Shown: positions 51,835-62,590, numbered from the stretch's first letter. The stretch is DNA of 64,000 nucleotides from Clostridiales bacterium (GCA_020859985.1 JAJBVD010000052.1:24076-88075); one strand, 5' to 3'. Numbers and translations are program-made. Notes: generated by a model not told the origin, from the letters alone.

Positions 51835-52563
51835 CTACTCTTCCAGATTCGTGTAGACAGCCTGTACATCGTCATCGTCATCAAGCAGATCCAGCGTACG
51901 GTTCAGCTGCCGGATATCCGTCTCATCCGTCAGAGCAACATAGGTCTGCGGGATCATCGTAACCTCCGCGGACGCCATGGGAATACCCTGATCCTCCAAC
52001 GCCTGACGTACTGTACTGAAATCATCCGGATCGGTGAGAATCTCAAAGCTGTCTTCTTCCTCGGCAAAATCCTCTGCTCCGGCGTCCAGCGCCGTCATCA
52101 TCAGATCGTCCGCATCCATCTCACACTCTTCACGGTCAATAATGATCTGACCTTTTTTATCAAACATATAGGAAACGCAGCCCTGTGTGCCAATCGTGCC
52201 GCTTCCCTTGGTAAACGCGTTGCGAACATTCGAAAATGTGCGGTTCTTGTTGTCCGTCAGCGCCTCCACGATAATCGCAATCCCGCTCGGGCCATAGCCT
52301 TCATAAGTCACATATTCGTAGTTTACATTCCCCATCTCTCCGGCTGCCTTCTTGATGCCGCGGTCAATCGTGTCATTCGGCATATTGTTCGCCTTGGCTT
52401 TTGCAATCACATCGCGCAGACGACTGTTGTTTGCCGGATCTGATCCGCCTTCTTTTACAGCTACGGCGATCTCACGTCCGATAATGGTGAAAATCTTCCC
52501 CTTCGCTGCGTCATTTTTCTCTTTTTTGTGTTTAATATTCGCAAATTTTGAATGTCCTGACAT
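51835..52563 (-). CDS. yebC: YebC/PmpR family protein
   Basis: MSGHSKFANIKHKK, YEGYGPSG, TDNKNRT. Confidence 0.97.
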   Translation of the reverse strand: MSGHSKFANIKHKKEKNDAAKGKIFTIIGREIAVAVKEGGSDPANNSRLRDVIAKAKANNMPNDTIDRGIKKAAGEMGNVNYEYVTYEGYGPSGIAIIVEALTDNKNRTFSNVRNAFTKGSGTIGTQGCVSYMFDKKGQIIIDREECEMDADDLMMTALDAGAEDFAEEEDSFEILTDPDDFSTVRQALEDQGIPMASAEVTMIPQTYVALTDETDIRQLNRTLDLLDDDDDVQAVYTNLEE

Positions 52564-52721
52564 ATCCAATCGTACTCCTTTAGATAATTTCTCTGGATAG
52601 AATACCATTTTCCAGATGGTTCGTCAAGACAGGATATTGCTCATCAGCGCGCAAAGCTTCAAGATATTGCGTTTTATCACCCATAATGTCAGCATATTGT
52701 GCCGCTGTCGGCAGGTTCCTC

Positions 52722-53069
52722 TTATGTATACAGCTCCAGACTTACCTGCAGCGCTTTGTCGACCCTTTCCAGAAGCTCATAGTCCACATGGCAGACTCTG
52801 TCACGCAGGCGTTTCTTGTCTATCGTCCGCAGCTGTTCCAGAAGAATTACAGAATCCTTTACAATATCGTATCTCCCGGCTTCGATTTCAACATGGGTCG
52901 GAAGCTTTGCCTTGTTCATCTTTGAAGTAATTGCCGCGCAGATCACGGTCGGACTGTGGCGATTTCCCACATCATTCTGTATGATCAGCACAGGACGAAC
53001 CCCGCCCTGCTCAGAGCCGACCACAGGCCTTAAATCTGCGTAATAGATATCCCCTCTGCGAATATTCAC
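52722..53069 (-). CDS. mazF: PemK/MazF (NdoA-type) endoribonuclease
   Basis: [43 protein letters not shown]; GTG start after GGGAG. Confidence 0.95.
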   Translation of the reverse strand: MNIRRGDIYYADLRPVVGSEQGGVRPVLIIQNDVGNRHSPTVICAAITSKMNKAKLPTHVEIEAGRYDIVKDSVILLEQLRTIDKKRLRDRVCHVDYELLERVDKALQVSLELYT

Positions 53070-53287
53070 AAAATCACACTCCCATTTTTGCCCTGCTATG
53101 GAAGCAGAGCAGAATATACAAAACAGTACTTGTATGTAAAGCAAACGCGGCTTCTGTGCGACAGCCGGATATCCTTTACAGTCACAAGTATTTCCCATTT
53201 TCTTTTGTATATTCAGATCTGTATTCATTTTTGAAAATACAGATCCAAAACAGTGTGAAATAAAATCAGTAACAAATACGGAAATAA

Positions 53288-54442
53288 TTACGCATCCCGC
53301 CCGTCCGCATTGCAATACACCCGCGGAACCCGTTTCCCGATATCACAGACAAACTCATATGGGAAACGCCCGGAAAGTGCGCCCAGCTCATCCACCGTGA
53401 TCTCATCCTCTCCATCTTTCCCCATCAGCGTCACCTCATCAAGAACCTGAACATCCATCCCGGTCACGTCCACCATAAACTGATCCATGCAGACCCGCCC
53501 GATGACAGGAGCCCTTCTCCCGTGAATCAGTACGCTTCCTTTGCTGCTTAAACTTCGCGGATAACCGTCTCCATAGCCAACCGGAATTGTCGCCACCTCT
53601 GTCTCCTTTTCTGTCACGTAGGTTCCTCCGTAACTGACCGGCGTCCCCGAAGGTATTGTTTTGCGATAAACGACATGAGATTTCAATTCCATCACAGGCT
53701 CCAGGCGATTAGTTTCGCGATCCATCTCGTCCGACGGATAAATTCCGTAAACGGTAATGCCTGCGCGTACCATATCCATATTGGCTTCTGGCAGTTCCAG
53801 AATTCCTGCACTGTTAGAGCAATGGCGCAAAAATCCTTTCACACCCGCAGCCTCTAACCGGTCACAAAACGAAGTAAATTTCTCAAGCTGTTCTCTTGCA
53901 GCGCTCTTATCTTTTTCATCCGCACGCGCAAAATGTGTAAAAACGCCTTCCACATAGATGCAATCCGTAGCAGCAATCGCATGCGCTGTATGCAGGCCAT
54001 CATCATTTACTGCTACGCCGATACGCGACATGCCGGTGTCCACAGCGAGATGCACCGGATAGGATGTGGTACCACGGTCGGCAGACGCTGACTCACGGGC
54101 AAATTCACGAGCCATCTCCACGGTAAAAATCGTAGGCCGAACACCATTCTGCGCCATCCAGGCATAGTCTTCTGTAAATGTATAGCCAAGAACAAGGATT
54201 GGCTTTGTAATCCCCGCTTCCCGCAGCGCTCGGGCTTCCGGCACCGCAGCTACGGCAAATCCCCAGATATATTCATACGGTTCCAGCATCTGCGCAATCG
54301 GAACTGCTCCATGTCCATATCCATCCGTCTTAATGACAGCCACCATACGCACATCATCCCGGATATTATTTCTCATCACCTCAAAATTGTGTCTGATCGC
54401 GTCCATATGAATGTACGCAGTAATTCGATTGTGTTTACTCAT
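53288..54442 (-). CDS. alr: Alanine racemase
   Basis: [35 protein letters not shown]. Confidence 0.98.
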   Translation of the reverse strand: MSKHNRITAYIHMDAIRHNFEVMRNNIRDDVRMVAVIKTDGYGHGAVPIAQMLEPYEYIWGFAVAAVPEARALREAGITKPILVLGYTFTEDYAWMAQNGVRPTIFTVEMAREFARESASADRGTTSYPVHLAVDTGMSRIGVAVNDDGLHTAHAIAATDCIYVEGVFTHFARADEKDKSAAREQLEKFTSFCDRLEAAGVKGFLRHCSNSAGILELPEANMDMVRAGITVYGIYPSDEMDRETNRLEPVMELKSHVVYRKTIPSGTPVSYGGTYVTEKETEVATIPVGYGDGYPRSLSSKGSVLIHGRRAPVIGRVCMDQFMVDVTGMDVQVLDEVTLMGKDGEDEITVDELGALSGRFPYEFVCDIGKRVPRVYCNADGRDA

Positions 54443-54487
54443 TTGTCTCTCCCTTGTTAATATATCTTTGATTTTTTATCAAATATC

Positions 54488-54514
54488 GTAACTGTTCAGT
54501 ACCTTCACAGTTAC
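54488..54514. repeat. 27-bp dispersed element, reference copy
   Basis: gtaactgt-tcagtaccttc-acagttac, perfect 8-bp inverted ends. Confidence 0.8.
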
Positions 54515-54521
54515 GGATCAT

Positions 54522-56096
54522 TCATCCGGCACATCCACGCAGAACCGCGCCGACCCGGTCAGCAATATCGCCTGCCATCATTCCATGCGCGCCGAGCTCC
54601 TTTTTTGCCAGATCGCCTGCCAGACCATGCAGATAAACGCCAAGAGTCGCCGCTGTCCAACACGGAAGGTGCTGTGCAAGAAGGCCGCAGATCACACCGG
54701 TAAGTACATCGCCGCTCCCGGCAACGGCCATACCATCATTACCGGAAGTATTAAGATATACCTGATTCCCGTCAGAAACAGCCGTCCGGGCATCCTTCAG
54801 CACACAGACGACACCTTGTGCGGCGGCAAATTCCTGTACAGATGGGAGCAGCTCAGATGCAATTTTCATCCGGTCTTTACCTGTCAGACGCGCCATTTCT
54901 CCAATATGCGGAGTCAGAATGACGTTCCTGCAGTTCACAGGATTATGACGCTTCGCAAGCAGGTTCAGGCCGTCAGCATCAATCACAAGCGGCTTACCGC
55001 AGTGCTCCAGCACGAAATCCAGCAAAACACCTGCCATTGGCGACATCCCAAGTCCCGGACCGATTCCGATCACATCTGCCCAGCGTAAAGCATCCGCCAG
55101 CCGTTTTTTCGTATTTTCTTCCGATCCATCCGGACTCCAGAAGCTGACCATCGCTTCCGGCAGTGCTGTCTGAAGGATAGCGCGATTGCATTCCGGTGTA
55201 AAAATGCGCACCATACCACAGCCACTGCGGAATGCACCTTTTGCCGCAAGAATAGCTGCGCCGCTCATACCTTCACTTCCAGCGATCAAAAGCACCTTTC
55301 CAAATGTACTTTTATTGGAATAGGCTTCCCTGTGCTGCAGCAGGGCTAAATCCCGTTTCGTATATGTATATACAACGGCTGTATTTCCTCGTTTATCAAG
55401 CCACTCATCTGCTGGAATCCCGATATCCCGACAGATGATCCGGCCACAATAAGACGCACCCGGATAAAGTATCTGTCCGACCTTACGACATGCAAAAGTC
55501 ACCGTCAGATCCGCTTTCACACAGACGCCATATATCCGGCCGTCATCCGCACTTATACCAGAGGGAATGTCGACTGCCACTTTCATTGCGCTCTGTGCAT
55601 TCATCCAGCGGATCACCTCAGCATAATGTCCCTCGACCGGGCGGGAAAGGCCAATGCCAAAGATGGCGTCTACTATAACAGTATATTCATCATCCATAAA
55701 ATACCTGCTGACTTTCAAGCCCAAATTTTCGCAGATTTTCCTCTGCAAAGCGGTCTCTTCCGTCACAGATGACTCTTTTCCGACAAAAGCGATCGTTACC
55801 CGTGGCCTGCTTATGTCATGCCCCTGCGCTCCATCTCCCTGTACGGAGACATGATTCTGAGTAAAAGAACTTCCGGCGAGAATACGCGCAATGGCAAAGC
55901 CATCTCCTCCATTGTTGCCGGAACCACAGACCACCAGCACACGCGAAAGATCAAGATTTGCATTTTCCATCTCTTCCGTCACGGAAAGAGCCGCGCGCTC
56001 CATCAGCACAGCAGACGGAATCCCGATCCCGCGTATCGTACGCTCATCAAATGCTTTCATCTGACCCGCATTGAGCAGCCATTCCATACTTATCAT
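54522..56096 (-). CDS. nnr: Bifunctional NAD(P)H-hydrate epimerase/dehydratase
   Basis: LMERAA, GSGNNGGDG, VDIPSG; GPGLG, VIDADG, LTPHIGE, GSGDVLTG. Confidence 0.96.
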   Translation of the reverse strand: MISMEWLLNAGQMKAFDERTIRGIGIPSAVLMERAALSVTEEMENANLDLSRVLVVCGSGNNGGDGFAIARILAGSSFTQNHVSVQGDGAQGHDISRPRVTIAFVGKESSVTEETALQRKICENLGLKVSRYFMDDEYTVIVDAIFGIGLSRPVEGHYAEVIRWMNAQSAMKVAVDIPSGISADDGRIYGVCVKADLTVTFACRKVGQILYPGASYCGRIICRDIGIPADEWLDKRGNTAVVYTYTKRDLALLQHREAYSNKSTFGKVLLIAGSEGMSGAAILAAKGAFRSGCGMVRIFTPECNRAILQTALPEAMVSFWSPDGSEENTKKRLADALRWADVIGIGPGLGMSPMAGVLLDFVLEHCGKPLVIDADGLNLLAKRHNPVNCRNVILTPHIGEMARLTGKDRMKIASELLPSVQEFAAAQGVVCVLKDARTAVSDGNQVYLNTSGNDGMAVAGSGDVLTGVICGLLAQHLPCWTAATLGVYLHGLAGDLAKKELGAHGMMAGDIADRVGAVLRGCAG

Positions 56097-56173
56097 CTCC
56101 CTGTTTTAAAACCCACTTTTTCAAATCACATATGCAGAAAAGAGACTGCATTCCGACAGTCCCTTTCATTTTA

Positions 56174-56809
56174 TCATTTTGTCTTACGATGATTTAAATC
56201 ATAGGAAAGCTGCATCAGACTTTCAGAAAGATGCACATTCTCGACAACGACATCCTCCGGCACATGCAGATCTGTATGTGCAAAATTCCAGATAGCTTTC
56301 ACACCATTCTCCACAAGCACCGGAGCCACTACCTCCGCACCACTTTTAGGAAGAGTCAGCGCTGCTATCTGTATGTTATTTTCTTTCAGAAAACCGGGCA
56401 TTTCCTCCGTCATACGGATCGGAATCCCACGAACCAGCTTACCTTCCAGATCAGGATTGATATCAAAAATGCCTTTGATAGAAAACCCGCGTTTTTCAAA
56501 TTTGACATAATTTGCAAGCGCCTGCCCTAAATGGCCGCCTCCAACGATTACCATATTGTAGATTTTATCCAAACCGAGAATTTTCCCGATCTCATTATAA
56601 AGAAATTTCACGTTGTAACCATAGCCCTGCTGACCGAAGCCGCCAAAGTTATTCAGATCCTGTCGGATCTGGGAGGCAGTCACATTCATCAGATCACTGA
56701 GTTCATTCGATGAAATCCGTTCCACCTTTGCGTTTAAAAGGTCTCCCAGATACCGGTAATACCGCGGCAGCCTTTTTACCACCGCCTTGGATATTTCATG
56801 TTCCGTCAC
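56174..56809 (-). CDS. rex: Redox-sensing repressor Rex
   Basis: RLPRYYR, SQIRQDLNNFG, GQQGYGY, GGGHLGQAL; GTG start after GAGG. Confidence 0.98.
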   Translation of the reverse strand: MTEHEISKAVVKRLPRYYRYLGDLLNAKVERISSNELSDLMNVTASQIRQDLNNFGGFGQQGYGYNVKFLYNEIGKILGLDKIYNMVIVGGGHLGQALANYVKFEKRGFSIKGIFDINPDLEGKLVRGIPIRMTEEMPGFLKENNIQIAALTLPKSGAEVVAPVLVENGVKAIWNFAHTDLHVPEDVVVENVHLSESLMQLSYDLNHRKTK

Positions 56810-58787
56810 TTTGATTCCTCGCTTCCTGTTCCGATAATTCTTCCCATTTCTCATAGAGCTGCTCAAGTTCTTCCACAAGGACTGCTTTTTCCTGCGTCAA
56901 TCGGGTGCATTGCTCCACATCCGTAAACACATTCTCCTGTGAAAGAAGTACATCCAGCTCGCGATCCCTTTCCTCAAGAGCAGCAATCCGCTCCTCTGTC
57001 CGCTTCAACTCATTCAAAAGACGTCTTTTCTGCGCCTGTTCTTCCTTGCGCCGGGCTCGGTCTTCCTTGGCTGTAGACTGCGGCTGTTCCATTCCTGATA
57101 TCGAAGCAGCTCTTCCAGATTGCAAAAGCTCCTCCGTCTTTTCAAGGTAATAATCATAATTCCCTATATACTGTGTCAATGTCCGGTTTTTCAACTCCAA
57201 AATTCTCGTGGCCGTCTGATTGATAAAGTAACGGTCATGAGAGACATAAAACACAGTTCCGGTATAGTTAGAAAGAGCTTCCTCAAGAATTTCCTTTGAG
57301 GTAATATCCAAATGGTTGGTCGGCTCATCCAGAATCAGAAAATTTGCTTTGGAGAGCATCAGCCTTGCAAGAGCCAGCCTTCCACGCTCTCCACCGCTCA
57401 GCTCGCCAACCCGCTTATAAACATCATCGCCGGTAAACAAAAAAGAAGCAAGCACACTGCGTATCCCAGTCTCTGTCATATCCGGATAGACATCAGAGAT
57501 CTCATCAAAAAGCGTTTTATCCATATGCAGCTGCTGGTGTTCCTGATCGTAATACCCAATCTGTACACGGCTTCCGATCGTAAGCCTGCCGGCATCCGCC
57601 TGTTCCAGACCATTGACAATCTTCAATATTGTAGTCTTTCCCGTACCATTGTCCCCGATCAAAGCTACACGCTCACCGCGTCGTATCAGAAAATCCAAAT
57701 CCGAAAAAAGTGGATTCGAAGGATAGGCTTTCGAAAGATGTTCCACCTTCAATACTTCATTGCCGCTCATAGTCTGAGGCGAAAAATGAAGATGCATGTC
57801 CGCCCGGACCTCTGAAGGCTTCTCCAGCACATCCATCTTATCAAGCATCTTTATCCGACTTTCCGCCCGCTTGATCGACTTTTCCCGGTTGAATGATTTC
57901 AGCTTACGGATAACCTCTTCCTGATGCCGTATCTCCTGCTGCTGATTCAGATAAGCTTTCCATTCTGTCTCTCGAAGCTGCGCTTTTTTCTGTGCATATG
58001 CTGTATAATCGCCGTCAAACGTCCTTACCCGTCCATTATCCAGCTCAATGATCTTCGTGACCACCCGATTCAGGAAATAACGGTCATGCGCAACGATCAA
58101 GACCGCACTGTCATAGTTTATCAGATAATTTTCCAGCCAGGCAATGGAATTCAGATCCAGATGGTTCGTCGGCTCATCCAGAAGAAGGATGTCCGGCTTC
58201 ATCAAAAGCAGCTTTCCAAGCGCTACCCTTGTCTTCTGCCCACCGGAAAGTGTACAGATCTGTTTGTCAAATTCCTCCTCGGAAAAACCAAGCCCCTTCA
58301 ATACACCGATGATCTCGCTTTTCGCCGCATAACCGTTCCGATTCTCAAACTCCGTCGAAACGCGGTTGTATCTCTCCATAAGAAGAGTATACTCCGACTG
58401 CGAAAGCTCTCTGTCTGAAGCAGTCAGCGCATCATCCGGGGATGGCTCCTGCCAGGCCAGCTGCTTCATCTGCACTTCCATCCTGCGAAGCTCCTGTTCC
58501 ATATCCAGAAGATCACGCTTCACTGACAAAAGTTCTTCATAAATCGACGCCGTACTGTTGACATCCTGATGCTGTGTAAGATATCCCAGCGTTTTCCCTT
58601 TGGATATCGAGATCACCCCCTCATCGGGATGTAGTTCTCCGGCGATCATACGTAAAATCGTCGTCTTGCCAGCCCCGTTAATGCCAACGATTGCGGCTTT
58701 CTCATGCTCCTGTATGTGAAAGGAGGCAGCAGAGACGATCACATCTGTGCCAAATGCCTTTGTAATATTTTGAACGGAAAGTATCAT
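56796..58787 (-). CDS. ABC-F family ribosome-associated ATPase (YdiF/Uup-like)
   Basis: Two ABC cassettes GINGAGKT and GDNGTGKT, LDEPTNHLD x2, no TM domain, C-terminal coiled coil. Confidence 0.95.
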   Translation of the reverse strand: MILSVQNITKAFGTDVIVSAASFHIQEHEKAAIVGINGAGKTTILRMIAGELHPDEGVISISKGKTLGYLTQHQDVNSTASIYEELLSVKRDLLDMEQELRRMEVQMKQLAWQEPSPDDALTASDRELSQSEYTLLMERYNRVSTEFENRNGYAAKSEIIGVLKGLGFSEEEFDKQICTLSGGQKTRVALGKLLLMKPDILLLDEPTNHLDLNSIAWLENYLINYDSAVLIVAHDRYFLNRVVTKIIELDNGRVRTFDGDYTAYAQKKAQLRETEWKAYLNQQQEIRHQEEVIRKLKSFNREKSIKRAESRIKMLDKMDVLEKPSEVRADMHLHFSPQTMSGNEVLKVEHLSKAYPSNPLFSDLDFLIRRGERVALIGDNGTGKTTILKIVNGLEQADAGRLTIGSRVQIGYYDQEHQQLHMDKTLFDEISDVYPDMTETGIRSVLASFLFTGDDVYKRVGELSGGERGRLALARLMLSKANFLILDEPTNHLDITSKEILEEALSNYTGTVFYVSHDRYFINQTATRILELKNRTLTQYIGNYDYYLEKTEELLQSGRAASISGMEQPQSTAKEDRARRKEEQAQKRRLLNELKRTEERIAALEERDRELDVLLSQENVFTDVEQCTRLTQEKAVLVEELEQLYEKWEELSEQEARNQSDGT

Positions 58788-58880
58788 ATCGGTACTTATC
58801 CCCACCACTTTCTATAGAATATAAGAATAAATCCGGCAGGTACCAGCATACCGTGCCTGTAAATAGGCGAAACAGTACCT

Positions 58881-59528
58881 TTACTCGGTATCTGCCTCAC
58901 CGACAAACTGAGCCCCGACATAGCCGACCACACCATCGATCTTTACCTTTGTCCAGCCGCCGGCAGCCTCCAGTACTTCCACCTGCGTACCCGCCTGATA
59001 AATACCGATCGTCGTATCATTTCCATCGTCGTCCTCGTACCCCGCTTCGCTGCGGAAATTGCAGGCCGCATTTAAAGTGGAATAAACACCAGTGGATTCA
59101 GAGGACGAATCTTCAGCGGCCGTTGTCTCTTCCTCTATCACTACAATATCACCTTCCACGGACTGCACTGCGGACGTATCAGCCACGGTTTCCTCCGACG
59201 TTAAGTCGGGTGTTGCTTCCGTCTGTATTTCAACATCCGCATATGAAGCCGCGTCCGTCTGCGATTCTATAGCAGAAACGGTCACAGCTTCTGTCACGGC
59301 TTCTGTCATGGCATCTGTTTCGGCTTCTGTCACGGTCTGTTCTTCCGTCTCCTCCTGCGTAACCGCTTCCGTATCATCCACAATAACGAGCTCTGCATCG
59401 GTAATCAGTCTGGTCGAGCTGCGGTAAATACTAAAAACCAGCACACCCAATAGAATCAAAAGCGCAATCGCCAGCCCCAGAAAAAAGAATCGTATAAAAT
59501 TAATTGCTCTGTCGTTTTTATCGTTCAT
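58881..59528 (-). CDS. Membrane-anchored protein with acidic linker and C-terminal SH3b-like domain
   Basis: N-terminal TM helix; CNFRSEAG...GWTKVKIDGVVGYVGAQFV. Confidence 0.8.
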   Translation of the reverse strand: MNDKNDRAINFIRFFFLGLAIALLILLGVLVFSIYRSSTRLITDAELVIVDDTEAVTQEETEEQTVTEAETDAMTEAVTEAVTVSAIESQTDAASYADVEIQTEATPDLTSEETVADTSAVQSVEGDIVVIEEETTAAEDSSSESTGVYSTLNAACNFRSEAGYEDDDGNDTTIGIYQAGTQVEVLEAAGGWTKVKIDGVVGYVGAQFVGEADTE

Positions 59529-59600
59529 CTGAATCTCCCCTCATAATTGTCACATTCCCCGCAGGGAATCTCCCCTCATAGTTCCCCTTTAAGAAATGGC

Positions 59601-59966
59601 TTAGTTGTTTCCCTGCCAGAATCGCTCAATCGCCTTTTTGGAGGCACGTCCATACCAGATACACAGGATCAGAAAGATCACCATCGCCGTCATGGAGATG
59701 TAAAGATTGTAATCCCCAAGCATATCCTGTACCAGACTGATCGCGCCGCAGATTGTAGCAGCAAGACCGAATATAAGCTGTTTGGTGCCCATTGCCTTAA
59801 TGTACCCCTCAACATCCTTGCAATGCTTAACGGAAATTTCTTTGGGAATCAGCATATTCTGTCTGAGCTCTCTTGTCCTTATCATAAACAGATACTGCGC
59901 AATAATATAAATCCCGCATGCTGTCACAAAAAAATCTATCATAATATAAAATGAATTATCATTCAT
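59601..59966 (-). CDS. Hypothetical membrane protein
   Basis: 121 aa, three hydrophobic segments, AAAGGGG SD. Confidence 0.75.
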   Translation of the reverse strand: MNDNSFYIMIDFFVTACGIYIIAQYLFMIRTRELRQNMLIPKEISVKHCKDVEGYIKAMGTKQLIFGLAATICGAISLVQDMLGDYNLYISMTAMVIFLILCIWYGRASKKAIERFWQGNN

Positions 59967-60055
59967 TTTCTGCACCCCTTTCAGGCATCTCACAGCCATT
60001 GCCTCTTGAATCAGGCAAAATTCCATCATAAATGAATTCTGTATCTTACCTTAAA

Positions 60056-61549
60056 TTATTTATCATTCATCAGGAACCGCTTCACGGCAGCTTTCATATC
60101 ATCCTTCTCAATCACGATGTCATGAAGCACCGGAGCGTTCCGGATCTCCTCAATCGCACGGGGAATCGGAACCCCGGACAACGTATGAAGCTCATCTATC
60201 AGGGCAAAGTCTTCCATATCCTTATATTTTGGATCAATCGCCGACATAACACTTCTGGCAAATTTATATGGGCTGGCAGTAGAGGCGATCACTGCCGGCA
60301 CGTCACCACAGTCTTTTGAAAAAACTCTATAGTATACACTCGAAGCCACCGCCGTATGTGTATCCAGCACATAGCTGCTCTCCTCATTGACACGCCGAAT
60401 CTCTGCAAAGGTCTGTTCTTCTGTAGAGAAGCCACCGGAGAAATCACTCATGGCCATACGCATCTCTTCTGTTACCGTGTAACGACCGGTCTTTGAAAGC
60501 TCACGCATCAGGGATGCATTCTTATCTGCATCATTTCCAGCAGCATGATAAATCAGGCGTTCAAGATTGCTCGAAATCAAAATATCCATCGATGGCGAAG
60601 AAGTCAGTATGAAATCACGATTCCGGTCATACGCGCCCGTCTGGAAGAAATCATAGAGCACCTTATTCTCATTCGAAGCACAGATCAGTTTCCCTATCGG
60701 GAGACCCATATTTTTCGCATAAAAAGCAGCAAGGATGTTGCCAAAATTGCCGGTCGGTACGACCACATTCATCTGTTCGCCTGCCTGAATCCTGCCATTC
60801 TTCACAAGACGCCCGTACGCATACACATAATAAACAATCTGCGGAACAAGACGCCCGATATTGATGGAATTGGCTGAAGAAAAACAAAAACCTGCCCTTC
60901 GCAGCTCTTCTCCGAGCTCTTTATCAGAAAACAACTGCTTTACACCAGTCTGCGCATCATCAAAATTTCCATGGATCCCGATCACGCAGGTATTACTGCC
61001 CTTCTGGGTCACCATCTGTTTTTCCTGCACGGGGCTGACCCCATTCTTCGGATAAAACACCACAATCCGCGTACCCGGCACATCCGCAAAGCCAGCAAGG
61101 GCGGCTTTTCCAGTGTCCCCTGAAGTAGCCGTCAGGATTACGATCTCATGATCCTCATGATTTTTCTTAGCAGCAGTCGTCATCAAATACGGAAGGATAG
61201 AGAGCGCCATATCCTTAAAAGCGATAGTTGCGCCGTGAAAAAGCTCCAGATAATACATTCCCCCCGCCTCCCGAAGCGGAACGATCTCTTTCGTGTCAAA
61301 CTTATCATCATACGCTTTCTGAATGCACGTCTTCAGTTCTTCCTCTGTATAATCGGTCAGAAAAAGCTTCATCACAGCATATGCGGTCTCCTGATAGGAC
61401 ATATCAGCAAGAGATGCCGGCGATATGTCCAGCGCCGGGATCCGCTCCGGCACAAACAGGCCGCCGTCTTCAGCGAGTCCCTTTAAAATTGCCTGTGATG
61501 CCGTCACCTGACCGCTTTTATTCCTTGTACTGTTATACATTAAGTTCAT
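60056..61549 (-). CDS. thrC: Threonine synthase
   Basis: GLAEDGGLFVP, FHGATIAFKD, ATSGDTG, VPTGNFGN. Confidence 0.98.
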   Translation of the reverse strand: MNLMYNSTRNKSGQVTASQAILKGLAEDGGLFVPERIPALDISPASLADMSYQETAYAVMKLFLTDYTEEELKTCIQKAYDDKFDTKEIVPLREAGGMYYLELFHGATIAFKDMALSILPYLMTTAAKKNHEDHEIVILTATSGDTGKAALAGFADVPGTRIVVFYPKNGVSPVQEKQMVTQKGSNTCVIGIHGNFDDAQTGVKQLFSDKELGEELRRAGFCFSSANSINIGRLVPQIVYYVYAYGRLVKNGRIQAGEQMNVVVPTGNFGNILAAFYAKNMGLPIGKLICASNENKVLYDFFQTGAYDRNRDFILTSSPSMDILISSNLERLIYHAAGNDADKNASLMRELSKTGRYTVTEEMRMAMSDFSGGFSTEEQTFAEIRRVNEESSYVLDTHTAVASSVYYRVFSKDCGDVPAVIASTASPYKFARSVMSAIDPKYKDMEDFALIDELHTLSGVPIPRAIEEIRNAPVLHDIVIEKDDMKAAVKRFLMNDK

Positions 61550-61641
61550 TCGTTTGTCTTCCTTTTATTTTATAAGATAATATTGCGGAATCTTGCGGGA
61601 GGCCAAAGCTGTAATGGCACCCGTAGTTCGCGAACGTATCT

Positions 61642-61692
61642 ATCATAGCACATGAAAAAAGCTGTTGCAATGAAAAATACAACAGCTTTTTC
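61642..61692 (-). promoter_or_regulatory. thrC promoter overlapping the upstream gene's terminator
   Basis: TTGCAA-17 nt-TATGAT with TG extension; gctgttg/caacagc stem with A and T tracts. Confidence 0.75.
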
Positions 61693-61701
61693 CGTTTCTT
61701 T

Positions 61702-62496
61702 TCAGTTTTGATACGTGTAGAAGTCATGTCCGCCATATTCGAACAACCAGACGAGGCTAGAATCAAACCAGTCAAGCTTTGAAGTGTCCGCGGCGTCTCT
61801 CGCCACAAAAAACAGTGCTCCCTGTGTATAATCCTCACCTGCAAGTACACGTTCGACTGCTTCTACCGTCTCATCCGTCACCGTACAGGAATTGATCCTG
61901 CCATCCACGGTCGGCTGAAACTGCGAATCCTGATATACAACCTCATAGATTGTGTCAGGGAATCGGGAATCCTGTGTCCGATTCAATACAACACCCGCCA
62001 CCATCATCTTGCTCATAATATCTTCGCCGGTGGCTTCCGCTTCAACAATCCGCAGCAGCGTATAATAATCAAGAGATGACATCTGATTATTCAGAACTGT
62101 CTGTTGTGCCAGATATCCCAGCTGCCGCGCCTTTGAAGTCGCCTGCTGAAATGTGGATCTTCGTACGGCTCTTCTGTCTACTCCACTGGCTCCCGCCAGC
62201 ACTTCGTCCTCTGAATCAGCCACGCTGATCACCCTCGTCACATCTGAGTAGCGTTCCATATTTGCCACAGCATTCACGACGCCCATCAGTCCGGCCTGAA
62301 TCTCCTGACCGGTACCTTCCTCTGAAGAAGCATTCACCGCATATACACGGTTCTGCCCCCCGACATTCATCTCCGAAATCATCCATGTAATACAGCCAGT
62401 CAGGAAGGCGCCCAGCAGCAAAAGTGTGATCGCTCTTAAGATACGCCAGAGTTTCGCAAGGCGATCCAAAGATCTTTCTCCGTTTACTAACAGCAT
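61702..62496 (-). CDS. SleB/Hydrolase_2 family cell wall hydrolase
   Basis: LLRIVEAEA, VAGVVLNR, FPDTIYEVVYQ..QFQP, GALFF, GGHDFY; N-terminal TM helix. Confidence 0.9.
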   Translation of the reverse strand: MLLVNGERSLDRLAKLWRILRAITLLLLGAFLTGCITWMISEMNVGGQNRVYAVNASSEEGTGQEIQAGLMGVVNAVANMERYSDVTRVISVADSEDEVLAGASGVDRRAVRRSTFQQATSKARQLGYLAQQTVLNNQMSSLDYYTLLRIVEAEATGEDIMSKMMVAGVVLNRTQDSRFPDTIYEVVYQDSQFQPTVDGRINSCTVTDETVEAVERVLAGEDYTQGALFFVARDAADTSKLDWFDSSLVWLFEYGGHDFYTYQN

Positions 62497-62590
62497 ATAA
62501 ACAACTCTCCTGTGGTTTATTTCAATCCTTCTCCCCTGATTGGATTGTTTGTCCCCTTATTGTTTATACTCGCCGCTTTCACGTAGAATC

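Noticed and set aside
53070-53315. 82-aa N-terminal extension of MazF in the ORF track as a fused antitoxin
   Set aside because: No SD for the upstream start, no antitoxin-like features, and a good SD precedes the GTG at 53069
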